DNA of 64,000 nt from an uncultured Candidatus Saccharibacteria bacterium (lineage in GTDB: Bacteria; Patescibacteriota; Minisyncoccia; Phycocordibacterales; UBA1006): assembly GCA_964415895.1 (NCBI GenBank), contig CAYQCC010000004.1, positions 243 to 64,242 of the forward strand, in the 5' to 3' direction. Each line of letters begins with the position of its first letter. Position 1 is the stretch's first letter. The translations under genes were made by a program, and so were the position numbers. Below the pieces are notes generated by a model that worked only from the letters and a program-made list of their open reading frames with translations, was not told the origin of the DNA and did no database searches. Shown piece by piece: positions 10,284-20,089 of the stretch.

Positions 10284-11459
10284 TTATTTCACTCGCAGCA
10301 ACTTGTTCATAGTCTGCGCAATTTTTATGAAATCTTTTTCCTTTTTTCCGCGCGTGGTTTCTGCACATGTTCCTAATCGAATTCCTGATGGATCCATAGG
10401 TGACCTAGTTTCCCCTGGTATTGTATTTTTATTTACAATAATTCCAGCGCGCTCTAATATATCACTTGCGTCTGATCCGGAAATTCCTTTTCCACCCATC
10501 CATGTATCTACAAGAACCATATGACTATCGGTTCCGCCAGAAACAATTCGCCAGCCAAGCTTTTTTAGTTCACCCATGAGCGCCTTTGCATTAATGATTA
10601 CCTGTTGTGCATACGTTTTGAATCTCGGACTTGCAGCTTCCTCCATAGCAACCGCGATCGCTGCAATTTGGTTCATATGCGGACCGCCCTGCATTCCAGG
10701 AAATACTGCTTTATCGATCTTTGTCGGTAATTTTCGCTCGTCTATCCTCGAGAAGATCATAGCAGATCGTGGACCGCGTAAACTTTTATGGGTCGTTGTT
10801 GTCACAACATCTGCATAAGGAAACGGCGATGGATATGCCTTTCCTGCAATTAGTCCTGCGATATGTGACATATCTACCATAAGGTACGCGCCGCATGCAT
10901 TTGCGATTTCGCGGAACTTCTTCCAGTCTACACGTCTAGGATATGCAGTGAATCCTGCAACAATAATATTTGGTTGCTCGTTCATTGCTTGTGCCTTCAA
11001 CTTTTTATAATCGATCATTTCAGTCTTTGGATCTACTACGAAGGGAATTTGTGTCCACGCCTTCCCTGTAATTGAAACCTTGTGACCATGTGTCAAATGT
11101 CCACCATTGGTCAAATCCATTCCCATAATTTTTCCACCAATCGGAAGAAGCGCGAGATATACAGCAACGTTTGCAGGCGACCCTGAAAGCGGCTGAACAT
11201 TCACTGACCATTTTTTACTAGATAGACCAAATAATTTCAATGCGCGTGTTTTTGCAAGATCTTCAACTTGGTCCACGATTTCATTTCCACCATAATAACG
11301 CGCGCCAGAATATCCTTCTGCGTATTTATTAGTGAGCTCTGTTCCTAGTGCTTCCAAGACATCGGCCGATACATAATTTTCTGACGCAATTAAATTAATC
11401 ACCGATTTCTGGCGCTTCTGTTCTGCTGCTATTAATTTTTTAACTTGAATATCTTTCAT
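10284..11459 (-). CDS. glyA: Serine hydroxymethyltransferase
   Basis: Motifs LIASENY, NKYAEGY, TTTTHKSLRGPR and QGGP. Start taken at MKDIQ. Confidence 0.97.
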   Translation of the reverse strand: MKDIQVKKLIAAEQKRQKSVINLIASENYVSADVLEALGTELTNKYAEGYSGARYYGGNEIVDQVEDLAKTRALKLFGLSSKKWSVNVQPLSGSPANVAVYLALLPIGGKIMGMDLTNGGHLTHGHKVSITGKAWTQIPFVVDPKTEMIDYKKLKAQAMNEQPNIIVAGFTAYPRRVDWKKFREIANACGAYLMVDMSHIAGLIAGKAYPSPFPYADVVTTTTHKSLRGPRSAMIFSRIDERKLPTKIDKAVFPGMQGGPHMNQIAAIAVAMEEAASPRFKTYAQQVIINAKALMGELKKLGWRIVSGGTDSHMVLVDTWMGGKGISGSDASDILERAGIIVNKNTIPGETRSPMDPSGIRLGTCAETTRGKKEKDFIKIAQTMNKLLRVK

Positions 11460-11469
11460 TTTGAAAAAA

Positions 11470-12435
11470 TTATTTACGATCTTTCTCATCAAAACCACCC
11501 GCAACGGTCATTTCGCCCTTCAAGGCAGGATGAGGATCATAACCTTCTAACGTTACATGCTCTGGTCTGAACGCTTCCAAACTTGTTGCATCGTCACTTA
11601 TGGTAAGTATTGGAAACGGTTTTGGTTCTCGAGACAATTGCTCCTTAACTTGCTCAATATGGTTGCTATAAATATGAGCGTCCCCAAATGTATGAACAAA
11701 TTCTCCTGGTTCATACCCGCAAATTTTAGCAATAATACATGTTAGTGCTGCATAACTGGCGATGTTGAACGGCACGCCAAGAAACATATCTGCACTTCGC
11801 TGATACAGCTGGCAAGAAAGTTTATTTCCGGAAACGTTAAAATGAAGCAAGATGTGGCACAATGGAAAACTCAGTGCTTCGCCAGGTAATGCCATTGCAT
11901 ACAAAAATTGCGGATTCCATACGGACATTACAGCGTGCTTTCGTTCAGGGAAATTCTTTAACGTATCAACAACCCATGCAAGCTGGTCGATCTTTCTTCC
12001 ATCAGCCGCAGGCCAAGCACGCCATTGTTCACCGTAGATACGAGGTAATTCACCATATTTTTTTGCGAACTCATCATCACTTGCAATATTAGTGATAAAC
12101 TCTTCTTTTGTAAGCTCGGGCACTTCCCCTTTTTTCACCAACTTCTGATAATCCTTGAAAGGATAGTCATCCCAGATGTGAACATTGTTGTCTACAAGAT
12201 ATTTGATATTTGTATCATCTTTCATAAACCAATTGAGTTCATGTAGAATACCTTTCCAGAATACTTTTTTTGTAGTCAGGAGTGGAAAGCCTTTTGAGAG
12301 GTCGTATCGAGCCTGGCGACCAAATACACTAATAAGACTATTTCCAGTATTATGATCTTTTTTTTCAATTCCGTGGTCAAGAATATCCTGAAGCATATCA
12401 AGATATTGATATTCTGGATGTCGATTTTTTTCCAT
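11470..12435 (-). CDS. thyA: Thymidylate synthase
   Basis: Motifs FPLLTTKK, PLCH, YQRSADMFLGVPFNIASY and DAHIY.NH. Confidence 0.97.
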   Translation of the reverse strand: MEKNRHPEYQYLDMLQDILDHGIEKKDHNTGNSLISVFGRQARYDLSKGFPLLTTKKVFWKGILHELNWFMKDDTNIKYLVDNNVHIWDDYPFKDYQKLVKKGEVPELTKEEFITNIASDDEFAKKYGELPRIYGEQWRAWPAADGRKIDQLAWVVDTLKNFPERKHAVMSVWNPQFLYAMALPGEALSFPLCHILLHFNVSGNKLSCQLYQRSADMFLGVPFNIASYAALTCIIAKICGYEPGEFVHTFGDAHIYSNHIEQVKEQLSREPKPFPILTISDDATSLEAFRPEHVTLEGYDPHPALKGEMTVAGGFDEKDRK

Positions 12436-12463
12436 AGTAGTTTTGAATTAAGCTTGTAAAAAA

Positions 12464-13012
12464 TTAGTCTTCTTTTTTAGGAACAAAGTGTGTTGAATTT
12501 TCCGAATCGTAACGACCAACATCCTCATAATGCTTACTGGTTTCACTTGTTAGTTTTGCAAAGATAAGCTGTGCAACTTCCATACCAGGACGCAAGATAA
12601 TAGGAACGTTATTAGTATTCACCAACTCGAATGTTGGAAAGAATTTATGACCCGGATTAAACAACATGGCTGTGTTATGAACAACAAGACCTGCCCGAGC
12701 TAAACTTGATTTTCCAGACAATAAAATCAAATGCTTGTGGTCGACGCCGATAAATTCACGCTGCTTGCCTAGTACGCTTTCACCAGGATGAAGGATAAAT
12801 TCCCCACCATCTGCAACTGTGACTGTCTGCATATGTGGATAGATTTTGTTTACAGGATCAACAGCTACCGTACTATGACGTTCTGTAACCTCGAACTCAT
12901 TACCAAGCGTGACGTCATAGCTTGCAAGCTGTAATTGTGATTCGTTGAACGGCTCGATGATGATCGATCCATCTGCAATCCCTTTTTTGATATCAATATC
13001 TGAGAGAAACAT
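12464..13012 (-). CDS. dcd: dCTP deaminase
   Basis: Motifs MFLSD.DI, ASYDV.LG, GKSSLAR.GL.VH.TA and PGM..AQL.F. Confidence 0.92.
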   Translation of the reverse strand: MFLSDIDIKKGIADGSIIIEPFNESQLQLASYDVTLGNEFEVTERHSTVAVDPVNKIYPHMQTVTVADGGEFILHPGESVLGKQREFIGVDHKHLILLSGKSSLARAGLVVHNTAMLFNPGHKFFPTFELVNTNNVPIILRPGMEVAQLIFAKLTSETSKHYEDVGRYDSENSTHFVPKKED

Positions 13013-13017
13013 ATGAT

Positions 13018-13689
13018 TTATTCGATATTAAAGACGTTGTCCGTCCCATAATAATCTTTCCAGTTCTCATTATAATACGAGAACATTCGCTCTAATTTGT
13101 CCTGTGGAAGTTCGCTGACACCACACTTTTGCATATAGTCCTCAAGTATTTTCTTTTTTGATTCGACTTCTGTCTGATCCGTAATAACACTTTCGAATTC
13201 TGCTAAATATCCGTATCCGCCGTTGTTATCAATGCATATATGCATGTCATCAAGCACATACTCCTGGCGTTCTCGCGACCATTTTGATTGGTATTCCAAT
13301 CCTGCATCAATAAGTCTTTTATCAAGCTCGTCTAGTGACATTGGGATTTCAGATTCAAATTCGATTCTTGAGATTCCGTTTGCACTGGAATCAGTTCCTA
13401 GTGAAGCTTTAATAACAAGAATTGCTTTCCCGTCAACACCGCGCGTTCGCACTGATAATTTATTTCCTTCTGTAATAATTTTATCAAATACCTCTTTCTT
13501 GTTAGATGGAATAATTTCAGCAAGTCCAGACGATAAATCATTTTTATGATGCAAAACAAAATAATGATTGAGCTGACTATTTGTATCAACAAGTTTTGCT
13601 CCGTCTGCAATAATCACTTGTTTTAATTTTTCTGCATTTTCTAATGTGCCAAGCAAGCTCTTGATCTCAATTTCATAAGTAGATGACAT
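13018..13689 (-). CDS. CYTH (triphosphate tunnel) domain protein
   Basis: N-terminal EIEIK (ExExK) motif, SRIEFE, R.R..Y and ID...GYG..AEFE. Confidence 0.8.
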   Translation of the reverse strand: MSSTYEIEIKSLLGTLENAEKLKQVIIADGAKLVDTNSQLNHYFVLHHKNDLSSGLAEIIPSNKKEVFDKIITEGNKLSVRTRGVDGKAILVIKASLGTDSSANGISRIEFESEIPMSLDELDKRLIDAGLEYQSKWSRERQEYVLDDMHICIDNNGGYGYLAEFESVITDQTEVESKKKILEDYMQKCGVSELPQDKLERMFSYYNENWKDYYGTDNVFNIE

Positions 13690-13856
13690 ATATATTTGGA
13701 GAGATTATCTAATACCTTCTCATTATACCATTTGCAAATATTGCAAAACCCTAGACACCGTACCGGAAGATTGTCGTAGTGCAGATAAAAAGCCTTTATA
13801 AAATACATTTCCTACCAATTGGAATAAATATGCAACATGTTATAAACTATGCTTGT

Positions 13857-14393
13857 ATGGAAACGCACTATGGAACAATACAAGCATTGATGTGTCTCCA
13901 ATATCCTGATGGTGGAATTGGATATTTGAACGATCTTATTTGGAAAGGACTGAAAGGTGACATGAAAATTTTCAAGGAGAAAACTGTCGAACACGTCGTT
14001 ATCATGGGACATGGAACATTTAGCAGTCTCGGATTTAAACCACTTCCTAATCGACAAAATATTGTAATAACCAGAGAGCCAAACGAACTCAAGGAATACG
14101 AACATATTCATATCGCAACTAATCCAATCGAGGCACTGCACTTGGCACGCAAGCAGTGGCCAAAAAAAGATATTTGCATTATTGGAGGTGCACAAATCTG
14201 TCGTGAATTACTTCCTTATTGCCAGAAACTATTTATCACAGAAGTGCATGGCAATAAAACTGCCGATACACTCATGCATTTGCCTGAAGGATTAATCGAA
14301 ATATCTCGAGAAAAAGGACCAGACGAGACATATGAATATTTCTTTGTCGAGTACAAAAATCCAAATGCATTAGAAATTCCAGAAGATAAATAA
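13857..14393 (+). CDS. folA: Dihydrofolate reductase
   Basis: Motifs GIG..NDL.W, DM..FK..T, VIMG..TF, PLPNR.NIVIT and IIGGAQI. The exact start is uncertain. Confidence 0.9.
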   Translation: METHYGTIQALMCLQYPDGGIGYLNDLIWKGLKGDMKIFKEKTVEHVVIMGHGTFSSLGFKPLPNRQNIVITREPNELKEYEHIHIATNPIEALHLARKQWPKKDICIIGGAQICRELLPYCQKLFITEVHGNKTADTLMHLPEGLIEISREKGPDETYEYFFVEYKNPNALEIPEDK

Positions 14394-14413
14394 AAAACAC
14401 CAATTGGTGTTTT

Positions 14414-14836
14414 TTATTTGATATCAATACCCATTGATCGAGCTGATCCTGCAACAGTTTTCATTGCAGCCTCAACATCAGAAGTATTTAAATCAGGAAG
14501 CTTTTTCTCTGCAATTTCTCGCAGTTGAGCTTGTGTGATTGAACCAGCTTTTTTCTTTGCGTTTGACCCAGAACCACTTGTGATTCCTGCAGCTTTTTTA
14601 AGCATTGCAGACATCGGAGGTGTCTTGATAACAAACTCGAAAGTTCGATCATCAAAGATAGTCATCGCAACGGAAGTCATTTCTCCCATCTGTTCCTTTG
14701 TAGCAGTGTTGAACTGGTTTACAAAGTCACCGATATTAATACCAGTTTGTCCCAATACTGGTCCAAGTGGTGGAGCTGGTGTAGCTTTTCCTCCAACAAT
14801 CTGGAGCTTAAGCTGTTTCATTATCTTTTTTGCCAT
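14414..14836 (-). CDS. rplK: 50S ribosomal protein L11
   Basis: Motifs MAKK, GGKATPAPPLGP.LG, KTPP and AGSARSMGI. Confidence 0.97.
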   Translation of the reverse strand: MAKKIMKQLKLQIVGGKATPAPPLGPVLGQTGINIGDFVNQFNTATKEQMGEMTSVAMTIFDDRTFEFVIKTPPMSAMLKKAAGITSGSGSNAKKKAGSITQAQLREIAEKKLPDLNTSDVEAAMKTVAGSARSMGIDIK

Positions 14837-14976
14837 AGTAAGTTTAGTTAGTTGCAAACAAGGTTTGAAGCTCCCTGTCTGCGGTTATCAGATTAATCTG
14901 AAAGCGTAACAAAACCTATATTACCGATTTTTTTGGAAATGTAAAGTAAATAAAAACTCCCTTTAAAAGGCAGTTT

Positions 14977-15525
14977 TTAAATCTTCTTCACTTGCACGAA
15001 ATCAAGTTCTACTGATGTTTCTCGTCCGAACATAGAAACCATCACTTTTACTTTTCCTCGGTCGTGGTCAACTTCTGAAACGCGACCTTCAAAATCTTTG
15101 AAAGGTCCGTCATTAATGTTAACAATTTCTCCTGGTGCAACTAATATTGTGTGTTTTGCTTTTTCAGCACCTTCCATTCGTGAGAACAAGAAATTAATCT
15201 CCTCTTCTGAAACGGCAACAGGCGTTGTTCCTGAACCAACGAATCCGGTAACACGTGGAGTGTTTCGAACCACATACCAACTGTCATCGTCTACAATCAT
15301 ATCTACTAATACGTAACCTGGGTAAATACGATCTTCAACTTCGATTTTTTTATTTCCTTTAATCTTTACAACTTTTTCAGTTGGTACAACAACATTGAAA
15401 ATCTTTTCAGTCATTCCTAAAGATTCTGCACGTTGCTTTAAATTACGCATTACTGCGTTTTCATATCCTGCATAAGTATGGATCGCGTACCAATTGCGAC
15501 CCTGTTGCATTTCTTGTCGTGACAT
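14977..15525 (-). CDS. nusG: Transcription termination/antitermination factor NusG
   Basis: Motifs WYAIHTYAGYE, PGYVLV, RNTPRVTGFVG and the KOW segment GPFKDFEG. Confidence 0.97.
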   Translation of the reverse strand: MSRQEMQQGRNWYAIHTYAGYENAVMRNLKQRAESLGMTEKIFNVVVPTEKVVKIKGNKKIEVEDRIYPGYVLVDMIVDDDSWYVVRNTPRVTGFVGSGTTPVAVSEEEINFLFSRMEGAEKAKHTILVAPGEIVNINDGPFKDFEGRVSEVDHDRGKVKVMVSMFGRETSVELDFVQVKKI

Positions 15526-15557
15526 ATCAAGGAAAAGATTAAAACGTTAATAAAAGG

Positions 15558-15743
15558 CTATTTAGCAATCAACACTTGGAGTATCTTGTTGAAAATTCCA
15601 TCGAATAATCCCAAGTAAAATCCAACTGCCACTGAAAGAACAATCACAATTGCTGTGTGTCCTAATGCCTCGGTTGGTGACAACCAAGTTGTTTTTTTAG
15701 CTTCGCTACCGACGCCTTTAAAAAAAGTAATCACTGAATTCAT
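15558..15743 (-). CDS. secE: Preprotein translocase subunit SecE
   Basis: FFKGV.SE.KK.TW plus one TM segment, immediately upstream of nusG. Confidence 0.88.
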   Translation of the reverse strand: MNSVITFFKGVGSEAKKTTWLSPTEALGHTAIVIVLSVAVGFYLGLFDGIFNKILQVLIAK

Positions 15744-15804
15744 AATGGTGTGAATATAGCAGAAAATCCAGTAAAAGTCTAGTTTTAGTGATTTATGAGT
15801 GAGT

Positions 15805-15922
15805 TCAACTAAAAAACTCAAAGCAAATATCGAGATTCGAGGACCGAACCCGCAGCACCATAGGTGCGTGAGGGCGCTTGCGTTCCGCAGAATCGAGAGA
15901 TTGCTTTGAGTTTTTTAGTTGA
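15805..15922. repeat. 118-bp element with 22-bp perfect terminal inverted repeats (MITE/REP-like)
   Basis: TCAACTAAAAAACTCAAAGCAA (15805-15826) pairs with TTGCTTTGAGTTTTTTAGTTGA (15901-15922). The GC-rich interior has a GCACC-ATA-GGTGC hairpin. Confidence 0.75.
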
Positions 15923-15928
15923 GTGACC

Positions 15929-16324
15929 TTATTTTGTCTCTGGATTGCAATTCTTACATTTACACCCTTTTGGTTTGATATGTTCGTCAAAAAATTCTTC
16001 GCCGTAATTGTAGGTCAATTCTTCGCCTTCCTTGATATTAGTGAACGCATAAATAAAGATATGGTCACGCACATTCAGCGCATCGCAATTCCCTTGTCCA
16101 CATTGATGATTGATATAACGTGCCTTGTTATAGCGAGGCGATCCGTCGATCGTCCACTTTGAATTAATCTCGAACAAATACTGGCCACCGCGTTTTTGAG
16201 CTTCAGCATCAGTAATTTTCTCACCAATATATTCAATAATTTTTGTATCTTTTGCAATATCCTGTCCTGCGAACAATCCCATTCCTGCATAAGATCTTTT
16301 TACGTGTACCAGTGGTTTTTTCAT
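15929..16324 (-). CDS. SET-domain protein
   Basis: Motifs GMGLFA, IIEY.GE, ARYINH.C..NC, GEELTYNYG and a post-SET CxCxxC. Confidence 0.92.
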   Translation of the reverse strand: MKKPLVHVKRSYAGMGLFAGQDIAKDTKIIEYIGEKITDAEAQKRGGQYLFEINSKWTIDGSPRYNKARYINHQCGQGNCDALNVRDHIFIYAFTNIKEGEELTYNYGEEFFDEHIKPKGCKCKNCNPETK

Positions 16325-16416
16325 ACGAAACAATCATACCAGATGCACAAAAAAAGTCACCTTATAACAAAATGACTTTTTCTTATGAAATAAAGAATGT
16401 ATATTTATTGATGTAA

Positions 16417-17052
16417 TTAGCGTGTCACAGGAAATTTAACTATTTCCCAGTGCGTCATACCTTTATCATCAATAAAATTGATCTCGCAACGATCGCTGTA
16501 ATAAGCGATTGGAAAATAACTAACATACGTGTAACCAGCATTTAATGGTGCAGAAAAACTTGTAGTTTGCTGCACTCCATTGATCACTAATGTCACACTA
16601 AGCCCTTTTGTCTGAGCAGTAGGCGTTGTTGTGGAAGTAGTTGAGACAATGGTCGTTGCAGGTATCATTACCGAAGTCGTCAGGTACGAGATTGGTTGAT
16701 AGGTAACCGGAGGCGCCGGGTATAGATATGAATACGTATACGTTGGCATTGCCCAACTATTATTCATGGAAAGCCAAGGCTGAAAGCCGTAGCTCACAGG
16801 GCAATAGGGTGCAACCTGATTGTTGCTCCACTTATAATCATTCCATGCGTAATTGTTTCCATACCCGTAATTTGAACTGTTCCACAAATTTGAATTCCGT
16901 GATTGATAGCTTTTTTGAGAACCAAAGCCAAGGTTGAATGACAATCCGTTACGAGGATAAAACGTTTGGTTACACCCATTCCATTTCCAGGATTGAGCGC
17001 TGACACAATGAACAGATACGATCACTGAAAGCCAGAGGACTAAAGTTTTCAT
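16417..17052 (-). CDS. Secreted hypothetical protein (N/Y/S/T-rich)
   Basis: Signal peptide ending VSA-Q, low-complexity linker, and a -10 box directly upstream. Confidence 0.6.
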   Translation of the reverse strand: MKTLVLWLSVIVSVHCVSAQSWKWNGCNQTFYPRNGLSFNLGFGSQKSYQSRNSNLWNSSNYGYGNNYAWNDYKWSNNQVAPYCPVSYGFQPWLSMNNSWAMPTYTYSYLYPAPPVTYQPISYLTTSVMIPATTIVSTTSTTTPTAQTKGLSVTLVINGVQQTTSFSAPLNAGYTYVSYFPIAYYSDRCEINFIDDKGMTHWEIVKFPVTR

Positions 17053-17106
17053 TTTTTCTTTTCATTATACCATTTTTCCAACTGGACTAACTACGTTAAG
17101 TGTTTT

Positions 17107-17760
17107 CTAATTTTTCTGTATTTTCTTGGCTTTTTTGCGTCTTTTAAGCCACCAGAAGAATGTTATCAGGAATAATCCGATGACAACTAAGCCAATATTC
17201 TCCAATCGTCCAATATCTGATGAAACAGTATCAATCGTATTTCCAAATAACCATCCAACTATTCCAAGTCCTGTTGCGCGAATAAACACACCGATAAATG
17301 ACAGTATAATATAACGCCACCATGACATCTCAACCATTCCTCCATAAATCGCAAGTGCAACAGATGGAATAACAGGAAACGCACGCATGGCAACAAACGC
17401 AACATCATCCCATGATGTCTTTGCAAGTTTTTCTTCGAGTTCTTTAATATCAGAAACGGATACACCTACCCATTTTCCCCATCGATCAACCATCTTAATT
17501 CCAAATTTACGAGCGAGCCACACATACGGCAATGATCCGATTGTCACACCAAGCGCTGCCGGAATTGAAATTTGAAAAATTAATTTCAAGATTGAAAAAA
17601 TATTCACCGGATCGCCGTTCATAATAAAAATACCAGCACCCATTTGAACCAACGATGATGGAATCAGTGAAATAAGCTCCTCTACAATCGACGCTGCAAA
17701 TACGCCTAATCCGCCAGCAGCCGCAATCCATTGTTGTAATGAGTGAATGAAAAAATCCAT
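17107..17760 (-). CDS. DedA/VTT family membrane protein
   Basis: Motifs EE.IS.IPS, G.TIGS..Y..AR..G and R.FP.IP. Confidence 0.88.
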   Translation of the reverse strand: MDFFIHSLQQWIAAAGGLGVFAASIVEELISLIPSSLVQMGAGIFIMNGDPVNIFSILKLIFQISIPAALGVTIGSLPYVWLARKFGIKMVDRWGKWVGVSVSDIKELEEKLAKTSWDDVAFVAMRAFPVIPSVALAIYGGMVEMSWWRYIILSFIGVFIRATGLGIVGWLFGNTIDTVSSDIGRLENIGLVVIGLFLITFFWWLKRRKKAKKIQKN

Positions 17761-17853
17761 AAGATGAAATCAGTATAGCACGGACTTATCATGGAATGAA
17801 AAAACTGCAGGATATCCTGCAGCAATCTAAATCATAACTTGATTCTGTAACCG

Positions 17854-18321
17854 TTAAGTGTTGGCAAGTTTGCCCGAATCTTTGGATTGGAAATAAATCT
17901 TGTATCCAAAACCAAGCAATGCTGGTCCAAATACTGAACCCAGAACTGTCATCGTAGTGAGTAATTCGCTCCAAGATGATACTGTTTTGTTTTCATACAA
18001 AATCCAAAAGTTTCCAAGCCACATAAGCACCAAAAGCCCTATTGCAAATATAAATGGAGCATAGGATTTCATGTTGGAATTTTTGTCATGATCTTCCCAA
18101 AAAGGAATCACGCGCGCAGGATCAATCCCGCAGAAAAACATAAGAAATTGAATACTCATCAAAAAGATCCAGGATGCCCTCTGATCAATAAGAGTAACAA
18201 GTGCACACAGCACTGTGGTCCAAAAAATACTTGTAATTTTTTTCACTTTAATTTGGTTGAGGTTATTAACAAATGTACATGTCGGGAAATAGATTACATT
18301 AATATCGGTATATGTCAACAT
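17854..18321 (-). CDS. Hypothetical membrane protein (start uncertain)
   Basis: Four hydrophobic segments. Confidence 0.5.
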   Translation of the reverse strand: MLTYTDINVIYFPTCTFVNNLNQIKVKKITSIFWTTVLCALVTLIDQRASWIFLMSIQFLMFFCGIDPARVIPFWEDHDKNSNMKSYAPFIFAIGLLVLMWLGNFWILYENKTVSSWSELLTTMTVLGSVFGPALLGFGYKIYFQSKDSGKLANT

Positions 18322-18387
18322 GCTTCATTTAAAAAACCATACAGTACTGTAAAGCATTGCATGGTTTTTCGAGGATTTTTTGTTTTA

Positions 18388-18795
18388 CTAACTCGCGCTT
18401 GAAAATGAAATTGTTCTTGTTTTTGCAAAAAACTTTCCAAAATAGTACCCGATTACAAATGGTGCAATCAAGATACATATTGTCATCAGTGCATAAATTA
18501 TTTTTTCATAACTACCTTTTGAAAGGAATTCCCAGATAAAGAAAAAAGCTTTAATGCCGGACACAGCAAAAAGTATCGAGCAGGCAACAAGACACATGAA
18601 CATGAATGGACCCAACGCTCTTTCTGAAGGAGTACTTACAGATCCATCTAATTCTTTTGGTTTGGAAAGCGATTGTGCAAAATGAAACGTGCTTAGCATG
18701 ACACCCGCTGTCATGATGAAATTAAATTCCATCTTGAAAAAAGAAGCAATCCCAGATATGACCGTGATTACTAAAAAAATGATCTGTTTTTTCAT
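18388..18795 (-). CDS. Hypothetical membrane protein
   Basis: 135 aa with four hydrophobic segments. Confidence 0.55.
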   Translation of the reverse strand: MKKQIIFLVITVISGIASFFKMEFNFIMTAGVMLSTFHFAQSLSKPKELDGSVSTPSERALGPFMFMCLVACSILFAVSGIKAFFFIWEFLSKGSYEKIIYALMTICILIAPFVIGYYFGKFFAKTRTISFSSAS

Positions 18796-18853
18796 CGTTT
18801 TTAAATATTTAGAGTTATTGAATTTGTTTTAGAATTAAAATCATTCTACATAT

Positions 18854-20026
18854 CTATACTATTGTGTCAATGTTTTCCTCTGGATTCCAATACTTCTTCC
18901 CTTTCAGCTTCTCTGGTAACAAATCCTCGTCAGTATATTTCTCATAGCCTTCGCCATAACCAAGATTCTTCATCAATTTTGTTGGTGCGTTGCGAATGTT
19001 TAGTGGGATCGGCAGATTTCCATTTTTCTTTGCATCATCCATCGCGGCAAGATACGCGTAATACACGACCTTTGTTTTTGGAGCAAGAGATAAATAAACA
19101 ACGCCATGCGCTAAATTGATTCCTGCTTCCGGATAGCCAATCGTTTCCACTGCCCGAAACACTGCGTTTGCCAGAACCAGCGCATGCGGATCGAGCATTC
19201 CAATATCTTCACTTGCAAAAATCACCATGCGCCGCGCAATAAACTTTGGATCTTCGCCGGACTCGATCATACGCGCCATGTAATACAGTGCTGCATCAGG
19301 CTGCGATGCGCGCATAGATTTTATAAATGCAGAAATCGTATTGTAATGCTCGTCACCTTTTTTATCATAACGCAGATGTTTTGATTGAAGTGTCTGTTTT
19401 AAATTTTCAATCGTTACATCACCATATAATTGCGCCGTGTTTTCAATCATCGCGATCGCTTGGCGCGCATCGCCACCTGCCATCTCTACTAACCAGTCAG
19501 TTGCCTTAGTGTCCAGTTGTTGATTCGTACGCTTGATAATTTCTCGCATGTCGTCGTCGGTAAGTTCGTTCAGTACGAACACTCGACAACGTGACAGAAG
19601 CGCTGGAATAACTTCGAAGCTTGGATTTTCTGTCGTTGCGCCAATCAACACAAGCGAACCACTTTCAACATATGGTAGTAGGAAATCTTGCTGTGCTTTA
19701 TTAAATCGATGAATCTCGTCAAGAAACAAAATCTTTGGTCCGAACAATGCTCCGCCTTCTACAATTTGGCGGATGTCATCTTTTCCAGCAGAAACAGCCG
19801 ACAATTCGTGATAGTCGGCCTTCAATGCTTTTGCGTAAATCCTTGCTAGTGTGGTTTTTCCAACACCAGGCGGTCCCCATAAAATGAACGAGAACACATG
19901 TTGAGCTTCAATAGCAACACGAAGCGGGCCCGCAGTTTTTTTATCTGTGGCATTTCCTACTAAATGCTGCTGTCCAACATATTCATCCAGATTTTTAGGC
20001 CTTATTTGTGCTGCAAGCGGTTCCAT
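18854..20026 (-). CDS. rarA: Replication-associated recombination protein A
   Basis: Motifs [35 protein letters not shown] and ISAFIKS.R.S. Confidence 0.96.
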   Translation of the reverse strand: MEPLAAQIRPKNLDEYVGQQHLVGNATDKKTAGPLRVAIEAQHVFSFILWGPPGVGKTTLARIYAKALKADYHELSAVSAGKDDIRQIVEGGALFGPKILFLDEIHRFNKAQQDFLLPYVESGSLVLIGATTENPSFEVIPALLSRCRVFVLNELTDDDMREIIKRTNQQLDTKATDWLVEMAGGDARQAIAMIENTAQLYGDVTIENLKQTLQSKHLRYDKKGDEHYNTISAFIKSMRASQPDAALYYMARMIESGEDPKFIARRMVIFASEDIGMLDPHALVLANAVFRAVETIGYPEAGINLAHGVVYLSLAPKTKVVYYAYLAAMDDAKKNGNLPIPLNIRNAPTKLMKNLGYGEGYEKYTDEDLLPEKLKGKKYWNPEENIDTIV

Positions 20027-20089
20027 AACCCTATTATACCATCAAACTGACAATGCTTACTTGCGGCAAATAAGTGGTATAATAGAGAT

